IMG/VR virus record: IMGVR_UViG_3300000510_000016
Coordinates: 1 to 64,000 of that record
Origin: a virus
Taxonomy: Duplodnaviria > Caudoviricetes
Direction: 5' to 3' (one strand)
DNA length: 64,000 nucleotides
The notes below the pieces were generated by a model, which did not search any database, was not told the origin of the DNA, and saw only the letters and a program-made list of their open reading frames with translations. This document shows positions 18,278 to 27,251 of the stretch, in pieces (the stretch's first letter is position 1; every line of letters begins with the position of its first letter). A program made the position numbers and the translations under genes.

Positions 18278-18769
18278 TTATTTGATAATTCTGTTCATAT
18301 TTCTTTTGTATAACCATTCAGGACGTTCGCTATGTTGTCCTCTAAAGAATACAGAATCAACTAATTCAGGATTGTTCTCATAGTAATCAACAGCTTCTAT
18401 GAACACGCCACCAACATATACAACAGGTGCTCTACCAAGTAGAGATGGGTTACTAATACGTTGTTTAAGCCAATCTAGGTAGTTCTTATACCTTTCACCT
18501 AAGTAAGCTTCCTCTTGCCCTACACGTTGCCTGAAGCCATCTCTAGCAAACTTAGCTAGGATAGCCATACCAATATTCTTACTAGCTACATCAGGTTTAT
18601 CAGGAAACTTATTAATGAAGTATTGATAACTCTCATCACTTAGTATAAAATCATATTCGTCCATATCACCATACTCTAAACGGTAGGCATGGATAGGATT
18701 GTTAGCAGGGTCAAAGTCTGTAATACCCATATTATTTAATGGCGTATTATACATTTGTGTTATATCCAT
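18278..18769 (-). CDS. Head-tail connector protein
   Basis: First gene after the major capsid; RLEYGD....ILSDE motif. Confidence 0.6.
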   Translation of the reverse strand: MDITQMYNTPLNNMGITDFDPANNPIHAYRLEYGDMDEYDFILSDESYQYFINKFPDKPDVASKNIGMAILAKFARDGFRQRVGQEEAYLGERYKNYLDWLKQRISNPSLLGRAPVVYVGGVFIEAVDYYENNPELVDSVFFRGQHSERPEWLYKRNMNRIIK

Positions 18770-18856
18770 ATCTTCCCTTAGAGGTGTGTCAGATAACTGT
18801 GTTATTATATATTTACATTTATTAATAATCTTTAATCTAAATCACTAATAGATGTA

Positions 18857-18878
18857 AAGGGGAAATTACTCTCCCCAA
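18857..18878 (-). terminator. Hairpin after the major capsid gene (probable terminator)
   Basis: GGGGA...TCCCC stem about 20 nt past the stop codon; short T tail. Confidence 0.45.
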
Positions 18879-18898
18879 TACACTTACTTAATTACTAT

Positions 18899-19975
18899 CT
18901 ATGCAGTAGTGACAGTGATGTCAATAGCCATTTCTGGACGTTGCATGAATGGAATCAAGTGAGTTTCTAGAGTGATGTCAGTGTGAGTGTCATCAACAAT
19001 ACCAGTGCTGCGAGCCAACCACTTAGTACCTGCCTGATTGAAAGTAGATACGTAAGGTGCAGGGCAATACTTAACTTGATACAAGCCAGTAACACCGTGT
19101 ACGATAGTCCAACCTTTATTGGCAGCTACGATATCTACCATTGAGTTATCCCAACGGCGGAACTTCTGTGGGTAGGTTACGAATAGGAAGTTGTCCCAAC
19201 GGAACTCACGGCGATAACCATACTGTGTACGTTGGTTGATACCCATAGAACCATTCAGAAGTGGTTGTTGTAGAGCTTGTTGACCTAGACCAGTAAATGC
19301 TAACTGATATAGAGCAGCAAAGTCAGGGTGATTAACAATAGAATTAAAGCCTGTTTCACCTAACACTACTTCGATAGTACCAACGTTACCATTGTAACCG
19401 TTAAGCTCAGAAATCTGATTAGCTAGAGTAGCAATAGATGCTTTAATATCAGCAGTAGGAGCAGCAGTGATAGTAGCAGTTGCTTGGCTAGTACCAGTGT
19501 TAGCGTATTGGTCAATAGCTACAGAACCATCACGAGGGTCTAATACCTTACCTTGAGTAGCGGTAGTCAATAGATACTCTTTGTTAGCAGCACCTACGTT
19601 AGCTAGACGGGTAAGAACACGTACAGTCTCTTCTTGATAGGTAGGAGAGTCTAGAGAGAACAAACCATTACTAACACCAATCAGGTCTTCTACATGAACA
19701 CTGCCAACCTCTTTAAGGGTGATACTGCCCATAGTGACTAGCTTGTCACGACCTTTATCAAGAGCCATTGCCTCACGACCTACACGAGAGGTTAGTTCTG
19801 TCATCTTAGTATTGCCGTTATCTACCACTTTGTACATGTGGGTATTAGCAACAATGCCTTGCTCTGTGAACAAACCACTTTCTGCATACTGACCATACTG
19901 AGGTTGGATAACTTCAAGAGCAGGTGATAAGTCGATAACGGTGTTCTGATTTACTGGGTTGCGAATTGTCGCCAT
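18899..19975 (-). CDS. Major capsid protein (HK97 fold, capsid-E type)
   Basis: 358 aa after protease and decoration genes; EYLLTTATQGKVLDP and ETHLIPFMQRPE motifs. Confidence 0.88.
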   Translation of the reverse strand: MATIRNPVNQNTVIDLSPALEVIQPQYGQYAESGLFTEQGIVANTHMYKVVDNGNTKMTELTSRVGREAMALDKGRDKLVTMGSITLKEVGSVHVEDLIGVSNGLFSLDSPTYQEETVRVLTRLANVGAANKEYLLTTATQGKVLDPRDGSVAIDQYANTGTSQATATITAAPTADIKASIATLANQISELNGYNGNVGTIEVVLGETGFNSIVNHPDFAALYQLAFTGLGQQALQQPLLNGSMGINQRTQYGYRREFRWDNFLFVTYPQKFRRWDNSMVDIVAANKGWTIVHGVTGLYQVKYCPAPYVSTFNQAGTKWLARSTGIVDDTHTDITLETHLIPFMQRPEMAIDITVTTA

Positions 19976-20004
19976 TTATAGTATTCCTTTATTATTGTTA
20001 TTTA

Positions 20005-20487
20005 TTAAGCAGGGGTATGTTGTTGGTCTAAGACTTTGAAACGGTTTTCTGTAGTGAACTTAGCGAATAAAGCTGTTTGAGCTTCTTCTGCCAAGTCGTA
20101 GAAAGCTGTTCCTGCAAAATCTAAATAACCTTTCTTAAGAACACCACGACCATCGCCACGAACGATTGCAACACCAACACCATTAGCTGTCATTGATAGT
20201 CGGTCGAAGTCTTGTAGAGTTGCTGGATTGGTAGGGGTATCTCGACCTACAAACACTGCTAGTTCACCTAGAGCATCGACACCTGCTTTATCGGCAGGAG
20301 CAGCGATAGCGGTAGCTGTCTTAGTAACGTAATCTACTTGTAGAACAGTACCTACACGAACTACGGTAGCAGGTGAAACTGTGATAGTGAATACTTCACG
20401 ACCATAACCTACATCAGTATTAACTTCATAACCGAAAACGTCTGAAGGAACAATCTGAGTGTTTAAAACACCATTGATAACTGCCAT
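20005..20487 (-). CDS. Head decoration protein
   Basis: 160 aa between protease and capsid; PSDVFGYE..GYGREVFT. Confidence 0.7.
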   Translation of the reverse strand: MAVINGVLNTQIVPSDVFGYEVNTDVGYGREVFTITVSPATVVRVGTVLQVDYVTKTATAIAAPADKAGVDALGELAVFVGRDTPTNPATLQDFDRLSMTANGVGVAIVRGDGRGVLKKGYLDFAGTAFYDLAEEAQTALFAKFTTENRFKVLDQQHTPA

Positions 20488-20509
20488 ATACTTTTTCCTT
20501 TAATGTATT

Positions 20510-21979
20510 TTAGTGAGCTTTACGATTCATCGTTTCGGCTGTTTTTTTAATCTGGTCTGCAATACTAAGTTGTAGATTAGATTCCTGACCCTCGCCACCT
20601 AACTCTGCAAGTTGTTGATTCATCTTGTCTTGAGAAGTAGCTAAGCTAGTAGCAATAATCTCAAACTGCTCATCTGATAAACTCTCAGTGGTGCTAAGCA
20701 ATGATTCAACTTTATCGCTGTCTTTACCTAGTGCATCCTCTAGAGCCATTTTACGACTTGCTAGACGTTGACTAAGTTCTGCCTCTTGCATAGTAGCCAT
20801 AAGCTCAGCATACTCACTGTCTTTAGCTTCTAGTTTGGCAGACATCTCTGCTAGTTGAGTTGATAGGGCTTTATTGTCTAGCTCCATCTTCTCTAGCTGA
20901 GCAGTCATAGTAGCCGTTAGGTCAAGGCTTTGGGTGTCGTTAGCTTCAATGACAGTTTTATCTTTTTCACTATTATTCATAGTTTCCTCTTTCGTTGTTT
21001 TACCGTTAAGAACGGAGTCTTGTTTTTCTTCTACACTTAATCCGTAACGATTGACAAAACTGTCAGATTGAGACTTGGAATTAAGACTTGGGAGGTAGGT
21101 ATTGTAAAATTCTGATTTAGTCATAATCTTATCAATGAACCCTACAGCTAAAGCTTCTTCACTATCAAACACTTCTGCTTGTGTGTTTAAGACAGACTGA
21201 ACGGAAAGGTTACGGTTAGCAGCAATGAAGTTACTAAACTCTTTACCTGTCTTATCTACTTTCTTTTGAATACTAGAAATGAACTGTGGGGAAAACTCAC
21301 CATTCTCTGCAAAGGGAACTTTCTGTTCTCCATGACATACAAATTGTCGAGTAATACCAATATTTTCTAGCATCTTACTATTGTTAATTAGTTGGACAAC
21401 AACACCAACAGAGCCTACTTCGCTATCTGGACGAGCAATGATTTCATCTGCAATAGAAGTCCAAGCATAGGCAGCACTAGCAGATAATCCGTCAACATAG
21501 GCATAAATCTTAATGTCTTTTTCTACAGCTAATTTCTTAACCTCAGTAGCCATCTCGAAACATGAAAATGCTGAACCTCCGCCACTATCTACATGGAGGA
21601 CAAGTTCTTCAATACCCTCATTGACTTGTTGTAGGAACGTACTATGCAACTTCTCGTAAGAGGTTAGCTCCATACAGTCAGCATCAATACTTCCTGCTTT
21701 AGGTACTAGAGTTCCTGTGACATTAAGATTGCCACGTTTGCCGTCATTGGTAATACCTAGTTGACGATACTTACGTTCTAGTTGTTCTTCTTCAGATAAA
21801 GGTTGTCGTAATTCTGTTTCAACCTCAACATCTTCAAACGACTCTAAGTCCATCTCAATACCATTAGCTCGATTAACGAGGTATTGTGCAATGTTCTGTA
21901 AGTCATCTGCTAGAATCAACTGAGGTGTATTAAACACTTGGCGAGCTAACGTCAAGCTACCTCTTTTAAATTTAGCCAT
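20510..21979 (-). CDS. Prohead protease (peptidase S49) with C-terminal scaffold
   Basis: LHVDSGGG, YVDGLSASAAY and VGSVGV S49 motifs; coiled-coil C-terminal third. Confidence 0.88.
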   Translation of the reverse strand: MAKFKRGSLTLARQVFNTPQLILADDLQNIAQYLVNRANGIEMDLESFEDVEVETELRQPLSEEEQLERKYRQLGITNDGKRGNLNVTGTLVPKAGSIDADCMELTSYEKLHSTFLQQVNEGIEELVLHVDSGGGSAFSCFEMATEVKKLAVEKDIKIYAYVDGLSASAAYAWTSIADEIIARPDSEVGSVGVVVQLINNSKMLENIGITRQFVCHGEQKVPFAENGEFSPQFISSIQKKVDKTGKEFSNFIAANRNLSVQSVLNTQAEVFDSEEALAVGFIDKIMTKSEFYNTYLPSLNSKSQSDSFVNRYGLSVEEKQDSVLNGKTTKEETMNNSEKDKTVIEANDTQSLDLTATMTAQLEKMELDNKALSTQLAEMSAKLEAKDSEYAELMATMQEAELSQRLASRKMALEDALGKDSDKVESLLSTTESLSDEQFEIIATSLATSQDKMNQQLAELGGEGQESNLQLSIADQIKKTAETMNRKAH

Positions 21980-21993
21980 TAATTATTATTCCT

Positions 21994-23484
21994 TTATTTG
22001 TTTGCGAGGTTATCCGCAGAATTGTCCTTGCTACTAGCACTGTTACTCTGACCATTGAGTCCTCCAGTATCGCTTGAATAGCCTGAGCCAGACTTAGATT
22101 GAATATCATCTTCAACTCCAAGCAACTTCTTAAGCTCTTCTGGTTCAATATCTTCTGATACTCTATCTGGCAATCCTAATTCCTCTGAGATATAGTTAAT
22201 ATTCTTAGGAGTGATTGGGAATGAGTTAGTAGCTCTAGTTTGCTGAATAGCTTTAGCGAAAGCCTCAAAAGGAATTTCACGTAATTTACCATAGCGGATA
22301 CGAGGTGTCTTAGTTTCGTCCCAACCATTTAATCTAAACAGGTGAGGGATTAAGTCATTGTTTAGGACAGTGAAAATCTCTTTAATACGATTCTCTACTA
22401 ACATATTTAACATAGAGGTTTTCGTACTATCAACACCCTCTGCTATTTCCCCTGCAAACAAACATAAAAGCATCTCTTGCTTTAGACGTTCAATGATTGA
22501 GGTAATAGCTGTAATGTTAGATGATGATGCAGACATAAGGGTAAAGTCGAATAACTTGCCTCCTTGTCCTGTTTGGTCTTCTCTATCTGATGGTAATAGT
22601 AAAGAGGATTGTTGACCAATAGCAATCTTAGAGATACCTGTTCTAACAACACTATATAAACTGTTAGGGTCTGCTGCTGCTTCTGGTGTCATATACTCAT
22701 TAGGAAGCCATGCAACAGGTAAGCCATTAAGGTTCTTACTAGCTGCAATACCCTCTAAGTCTTTATAACGTTGATAATCACGCCATGTATTGTATACATA
22801 AGCTAGTGGGGAAACACCCTCTGATTTACCATTGTTAGTTTCAGCTTTGAATAACAGGATATTACTCTTAGGAATAAGTAAGTCACCCTCAAACTTAGCA
22901 CTTGTAGCCTCAGCGAGTTTACGTAGTGCAAATGTTCTGCTACCTGATTGTCTTTGAACAACACCAATCATTTCACGACCATCTTTATCATATTCAAAAC
23001 GCTCTAAGCTGTTCTGAGGTCTGATAGGTAATCGCTTAATACCTACTTTACCATCATCGTATTTACTACCATTCTTATTACGTCTGATGTAAAATACTTT
23101 CTCATGGACAGAGAATCCATAGGTATTCATTGTAAGAGCTTCACGTAGAAACTCATCAAATGATTGTGTCATGTCATTACTATCTGTGGTAATACCTAAG
23201 CATTGCTCTACAAACTCTGCACGTTTCTTATGAGTAGGCGATTCATTGTATGGCTCTATATATCTAGGAACACGTACAGCGATAGTTTGTACAGCAGTGA
23301 GTGCAGCAGCAAGGGTAGTATCTCTACTCATCTTACGATATGTCTGAACACTATAGGGGAATTTTAAATCCTCTTCTTCATCGAATAGAGTGTAGGAGTA
23401 GTCGTAAATAGAACTTTCTGCGACTTTAGCCCCTATCTCTTTAGGAATAATTGGCGTTCTCTTTTTGACAGGGGCTTTAGCCAT
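21994..23484 (-). CDS. Portal protein (DUF935-like)
   Basis: Between terL and protease; YGFSVHEKV, GVSPLAYVYNTW and LIPHLFRLNGW motifs. Confidence 0.85.
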   Translation of the reverse strand: MAKAPVKKRTPIIPKEIGAKVAESSIYDYSYTLFDEEEDLKFPYSVQTYRKMSRDTTLAAALTAVQTIAVRVPRYIEPYNESPTHKKRAEFVEQCLGITTDSNDMTQSFDEFLREALTMNTYGFSVHEKVFYIRRNKNGSKYDDGKVGIKRLPIRPQNSLERFEYDKDGREMIGVVQRQSGSRTFALRKLAEATSAKFEGDLLIPKSNILLFKAETNNGKSEGVSPLAYVYNTWRDYQRYKDLEGIAASKNLNGLPVAWLPNEYMTPEAAADPNSLYSVVRTGISKIAIGQQSSLLLPSDREDQTGQGGKLFDFTLMSASSSNITAITSIIERLKQEMLLCLFAGEIAEGVDSTKTSMLNMLVENRIKEIFTVLNNDLIPHLFRLNGWDETKTPRIRYGKLREIPFEAFAKAIQQTRATNSFPITPKNINYISEELGLPDRVSEDIEPEELKKLLGVEDDIQSKSGSGYSSDTGGLNGQSNSASSKDNSADNLANK

Positions 23485-23509
23485 ATTTATTTAGCCTTAA
23501 ATTTATTGT

Positions 23510-25039
23510 TTACATTCTTAGTAGGGCTGCATTCACGGAAGGTAATTCTTTAGTTGTAGCGATAAGATTGAAAGCATCTGCTGTAGCATCCACTATATCA
23601 TCGTGATTTTTAGAACGAGTGCCTGTGAAGGCTTCTAGTTCATGGAAAAACTTATTATTCCAATCACCTTTACTTACAATTACAAGTTCATTTTCAGATA
23701 CGGATGCGAAAGGTAGAAACCTATCAAGTTTAGATTTATTAGAGCCTACTTTAAAGAATTTAATGGGTGTGCGTTCTTCAGCAAATACTCTTGAGAAGTG
23801 GTGTTTCTGAACCTTACCTGCGGATGCTGGCTCAGTTGGAAGATACCCTAGACAGTTATATCCATACATTTCAATATCTTTTCTAGTCTGCTCAACAAGC
23901 ATGTGCTCTAACTCACCTGCTCTCCACCTACCATGAACTACATCTTCTATGATATATCTTCCTGACTTGGTTCTAGCAACAAGAACTCCTGCTGTGTAGT
24001 CTGGGTCTGGGTACGCCTCTGATGGAAGTGTTGAGGCTAAATCCCAAGCTCTAACTCGCTTGACAATCTCATCATTCTTAAGGTAGTCTCTGATATTTAC
24101 TACAGGAGTCCAATCTCTTTTGAAGTAGCCGCTACTTTCCTCTCTTGCAAACCAATTGCCTTTTAGCAACCTTTCCATTTTAATACGTGGAGCAGAGGCT
24201 AGCTGTGCAACATAGTTGGGGTTCTTTTTCATCATTAGTGGGTTGTCTAATACTGTAGCTCCAATGAAACAAAAAGATTGAGGTCTACAGGTAGATACAC
24301 CGTCTTCATCGACTGGGTAGAGGTATTTATGACTTTCATAAAGTTCTTCGTATGTATCAGACCAACGCATTTCATTACCAACACGTAAGAAGTACCTAGT
24401 GTTACCATTACGTTCTGGAATAGGTCTTCCCTCTACTAGCTCGTCACCTTCCATGCTACCAATAGGGTACAGATAATAGTCAGACAACCAATCACAAAGG
24501 AAGCTTTCTGGGTCAGGGTTGCACGTTAGCCATATACAAGGTTCAATACCATCTGATGTAGCACGTAGTCGAGTGATTAGCCACATAATCTCTTCTTCAG
24601 ACAAATGGGTGGCTTCATCGACCATCGCACAAGTTATCTGAATACCCTGTACAGAGTCCATGCCGCTAGAGCCATCTAAACCAATAAAGTTTATCGTAGC
24701 GCCACTAGAGAAGTTTATCTGCATAGGTTGTTTGGTGTAGGTCATTCCACTATCGTATGCTTTAAACATACGAATAGCTTCTTCAAAAGCACCACCACCT
24801 TTTTTAAAGTCTGTAGCATTCTTACGTACAACATATCCAGAAAATAATGGGTCATCTACATACAGAAGAAACCTCATTAATCCTTGGAAAGTCTTACCAC
24901 TCATAGCTGCGCCGCCGAAGCAAGTTATAAATGCTTTTGACTGAATGAACTGCTCTTGCTTTTTAGATGACGGTCTAAACAAAACACCATCTGAAACTTC
25001 TTCTTGATGATGTTTTTTGTTCTTATTCCTTTTACTCAT
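23510..25039 (-). CDS. terL: Terminase large subunit
   Basis: Walker A GGAAMSGKT, Walker B MVDEATH, TCNPD, and nuclease motifs RAWDLAS and HDDIVDATADAF. Confidence 0.95.
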   Translation of the reverse strand: MSKRNKNKKHHQEEVSDGVLFRPSSKKQEQFIQSKAFITCFGGAAMSGKTFQGLMRFLLYVDDPLFSGYVVRKNATDFKKGGGAFEEAIRMFKAYDSGMTYTKQPMQINFSSGATINFIGLDGSSGMDSVQGIQITCAMVDEATHLSEEEIMWLITRLRATSDGIEPCIWLTCNPDPESFLCDWLSDYYLYPIGSMEGDELVEGRPIPERNGNTRYFLRVGNEMRWSDTYEELYESHKYLYPVDEDGVSTCRPQSFCFIGATVLDNPLMMKKNPNYVAQLASAPRIKMERLLKGNWFAREESSGYFKRDWTPVVNIRDYLKNDEIVKRVRAWDLASTLPSEAYPDPDYTAGVLVARTKSGRYIIEDVVHGRWRAGELEHMLVEQTRKDIEMYGYNCLGYLPTEPASAGKVQKHHFSRVFAEERTPIKFFKVGSNKSKLDRFLPFASVSENELVIVSKGDWNNKFFHELEAFTGTRSKNHDDIVDATADAFNLIATTKELPSVNAALLRM

Positions 25040-25078
25040 TGCTAAGAAATCCTTAATAGAATTAACCTAGCAAAAGCT

Positions 25079-25822
25079 TTACCAAGAGTAATCTTTACTT
25101 ATCGCTAGGTAAGTTTTCCGTAGTTTTATATCCTGAACAGCAGTCCTGCTCACATCTAACAGTTTATAGATTGACATAATCGTCTCTTTATTTTGTAGCC
25201 GTTCACAAATTTCTAGAACTTGCTCTTGTGTCAACTTCTTCATTGTAGGTATTCTAGAAAAATCATACTGCTCAGCGATGTGATTGTAATTAGGGTGGGT
25301 TGCACTTTTAAACCTTGTAAAAGTTTTTCTGTTGATTCCCATTAAGACTTGTATATCACAAGCTCGATAACCCTGTTCCATATACTTACAATATTGGTGA
25401 GCTTCTTCTTCTGTTATCTTGTACCTACCAGTAGTGCGAGAACCGAATTTACCATTTTGGGTAATATTCATAGATTGGTCTTCTAAGAATTGTCCTTTTC
25501 TGACATTCTCCATAGAGTGCGTATTATTCTCAGTGGGTGTGCACCATTCTAGATTATCTACGTGGTTATTATAGATATCACCGTCAATATGATTAACATG
25601 GTCTTTGCCAAAAGGTTTCTCTAAGAAAGCACAAGCCACTAATCTGTGAACCTTAGTAACCTTCACTTTTTTATCGTAATTACTAAGAGAGACTCTAAAG
25701 TATTTATCATGGTGTTTTTTATTACTGTAATTGGTTAAAAACCTATTACTTGTATGAGACCAAACCTTCCCACAAGATGTTACTGCATATCTCTCAAAAC
25801 CTAAAAAATCTAAACTTTGCAT
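25079..25822 (-). CDS. NUMOD4-HNH homing endonuclease
   Basis: RYAVTSCGKVWS N-terminus; VHRLVACAFL...VNHIDGDIYNNHVDNLEWCTPTEN; inserted between terS and terL. Confidence 0.9.
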   Translation of the reverse strand: MQSLDFLGFERYAVTSCGKVWSHTSNRFLTNYSNKKHHDKYFRVSLSNYDKKVKVTKVHRLVACAFLEKPFGKDHVNHIDGDIYNNHVDNLEWCTPTENNTHSMENVRKGQFLEDQSMNITQNGKFGSRTTGRYKITEEEAHQYCKYMEQGYRACDIQVLMGINRKTFTRFKSATHPNYNHIAEQYDFSRIPTMKKLTQEQVLEICERLQNKETIMSIYKLLDVSRTAVQDIKLRKTYLAISKDYSW

Positions 25823-25879
25823 ACTTCACTCCTTTATTAATTGAGTGAGTATTATATACCAAGTAGGTTAAACTTACAA
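25823..25879 (-). promoter_or_regulatory. Sigma70-like promoter plus SD-sequestering hairpin of the HNH gene
   Basis: TTGTAA-17-TATAAT (25879-25851), followed by ACTCACTC...GAGTGAAGT covering AAGGAG. Confidence 0.6.
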
Positions 25880-25899
25880 AGGCGTGTTGAGTATTTACT

Positions 25900-26244
25900 T
25901 CAACTAATAGACATATTCGGGTCAAACCTACTTTGCATTATAGCTGAAGGAATCTTACCATCGTTACTATCTCTACTCTCAATCTCTGCTACCTCATGCT
26001 GCTTAATCAAGGTAACTAGCTTACGTTGTTTCATAACCTCTCTCTTTTCTGTCTCTTGAGAGATTTCATTAACAAGTCGCATATACATACCAAGATAATC
26101 TTGTGTAGCTTTTAACTTATCTTTAGGCTTGGTATCTTCGTCTTCACAAATAGCTACCAATGATAAATTCATCTGCTCAATAGCATATTGAACATTATTA
26201 TTCATCTTAGCTTTCATAGAGCTAAATGTTTCTGGAAATGCCAT
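25900..26244 (-). CDS. Probable terminase small subunit
   Basis: 114 aa helical protein upstream of terL; assignment is positional. Confidence 0.5.
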   Translation of the reverse strand: MAFPETFSSMKAKMNNNVQYAIEQMNLSLVAICEDEDTKPKDKLKATQDYLGMYMRLVNEISQETEKREVMKQRKLVTLIKQHEVAEIESRDSNDGKIPSAIMQSRFDPNMSIS

Positions 26245-26246
26245 GT

Positions 26247-26456
26247 CTATTCCTCACAACTAGATTGTCTACCTAAAGTATAAGCTTTCAATATATTGTT
26301 TTGTGTTTGCTCAAGATACTTTGTTCTCTCTACTTCTTTTTGAATTAACACATCGTTGTCAGCTTTAATCTTATTAAGATTGCTATCAACTGTTTCTAAA
26401 TAAAGTATTGCACAAAGACCTACGCCTGCTACTAACAACATCTTATCATCAATCAT
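26247..26456 (-). CDS. Small protein with N-terminal membrane anchor
   Basis: Hydrophobic N-terminus followed by a coiled-coil-like segment; coupled to neighbours. Confidence 0.5.
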   Translation of the reverse strand: MIDDKMLLVAGVGLCAILYLETVDSNLNKIKADNDVLIQKEVERTKYLEQTQNNILKAYTLGRQSSCEE

Positions 26457-26807
26457 TTAATGTAACACCTTGATATCTACTTTAACTAATCCCTGTTTGA
26501 TGTCAGCTATCTTAGCAAAGGCAGCTTTAGATAAGTCTAGTGTTCTACCGTATTTACTAAATCCACCAGTATCATTAACTTTAACTACAACACTCTTGCC
26601 TGTCTCTCTATTGGTAACTCTTAATTTAGTTCCAAGTTTATGAGTGTTACTAGCACAAGTCATTTTATTCATATCGAATATTTCACCTGATGCTGTACGC
26701 TTTAAGTGGAATCGTTCCCCGTAGAAAGATGCTGTAGCTGCTTGTGTATTAATTGAAGCTAGTAGGAAAGGAATTGTTAGTGTTGATGTAATTAATCGAA
26801 TAAGCAA
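26457..26807 (-). CDS. rlpA: RlpA-family (DPBB) lytic transglycosylase with signal peptide; probable TTG start at 26807
   Basis: ASFYG..FH.KRTASGE.FDMN.MTCAS..KLGT.LRVTN..GKSVVVKVND.G...R.LDLSKAAF. The TTG has AGGT upstream and gives MLIRLITSTLTIPFLLASINTQA/A. Confidence 0.85.
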   Translation of the reverse strand: MLIRLITSTLTIPFLLASINTQAATASFYGERFHLKRTASGEIFDMNKMTCASNTHKLGTKLRVTNRETGKSVVVKVNDTGGFSKYGRTLDLSKAAFAKIADIKQGLVKVDIKVLH

Positions 26808-26981
26808 ATTAGAACCTATATATTTAAAATGGAGACACTTCATTCGCTTACATGGTAGAAGTGAGAACTGCACGATTTAATCCCCAACCATACTTCACTG
26901 TAAGCTGGGGTAATAAAAGCAACAAGGCAACTGGGTACTCCCTGTCCGACACTGTATAACAATGCTTAACCTTGTTGTGTC

Positions 26982-27056
26982 TGGGGTATCTGCTGAGGGT
27001 CGAACTCAGAATCGGCAAATTATGAATTTGTTGCTTTACCTTTAAGCTACAGATAC
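26982..27056 (-). tRNA. tRNA with CAT anticodon (elongator Met or Ile2), CCA encoded
   Basis: Folded by hand: acceptor GTATCTG/CAGATAC, D arm GCTT/AAGC, anticodon loop TTCATAA, T arm CTGAG-TTCGACC-CTCAG, C73, then CCA. Confidence 0.85.
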
Positions 27057-27251
27057 TAATATAAAGTAGCTTAGTTATACAGCAAGCTAGAATCTGTAGG
27101 ACACGAGTATGTTAACTCTATAACAAATTAGTTATGTGCCTTATTATATGTTCCTACTTAGTTATGCAGCAAGTAGGTAATCTGCTGTCTGATAAGGTAC
27201 ATGTTGTAAGTTAACATGCAGCGTCTTATCAGCTAATCTTATTTGGCTTAG

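Noticed and set aside
23510-25039. Intron or intein in terL
   Set aside because: Single 509-aa ORF with contiguous ATPase and nuclease motifs; the HNH gene is free-standing upstream.
645-26059. Plus-strand ORFs inside the structural operon (e.g. 645-836, 3641-3853, 9520-9804, 10369-10563, 16578-16883, 25841-26059)
   Set aside because: Antisense shadows of well-supported minus-strand genes; no SD, and composition mirrors the real frame (e.g. Pro-rich opposite Gly-rich).
26247-26456. Inner-membrane spanin
   Set aside because: TM plus coiled coil is suggestive, but it is very short and no overlapping lipoprotein partner was found.
26910-26981. Calling the post-tRNA element a bona fide theta/HDV ribozyme
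   Set aside because: The topology fits, but I cannot place a P3/L3 with the P1.1 pyrimidines or a J4/2 catalytic C. It is reported only as a candidate structured RNA.
27061-27235. CRISPR or TIGR-like guide array
   Set aside because: Only two to three degenerate units of irregular spacing, no cas/tas gene and no box C/D motifs.
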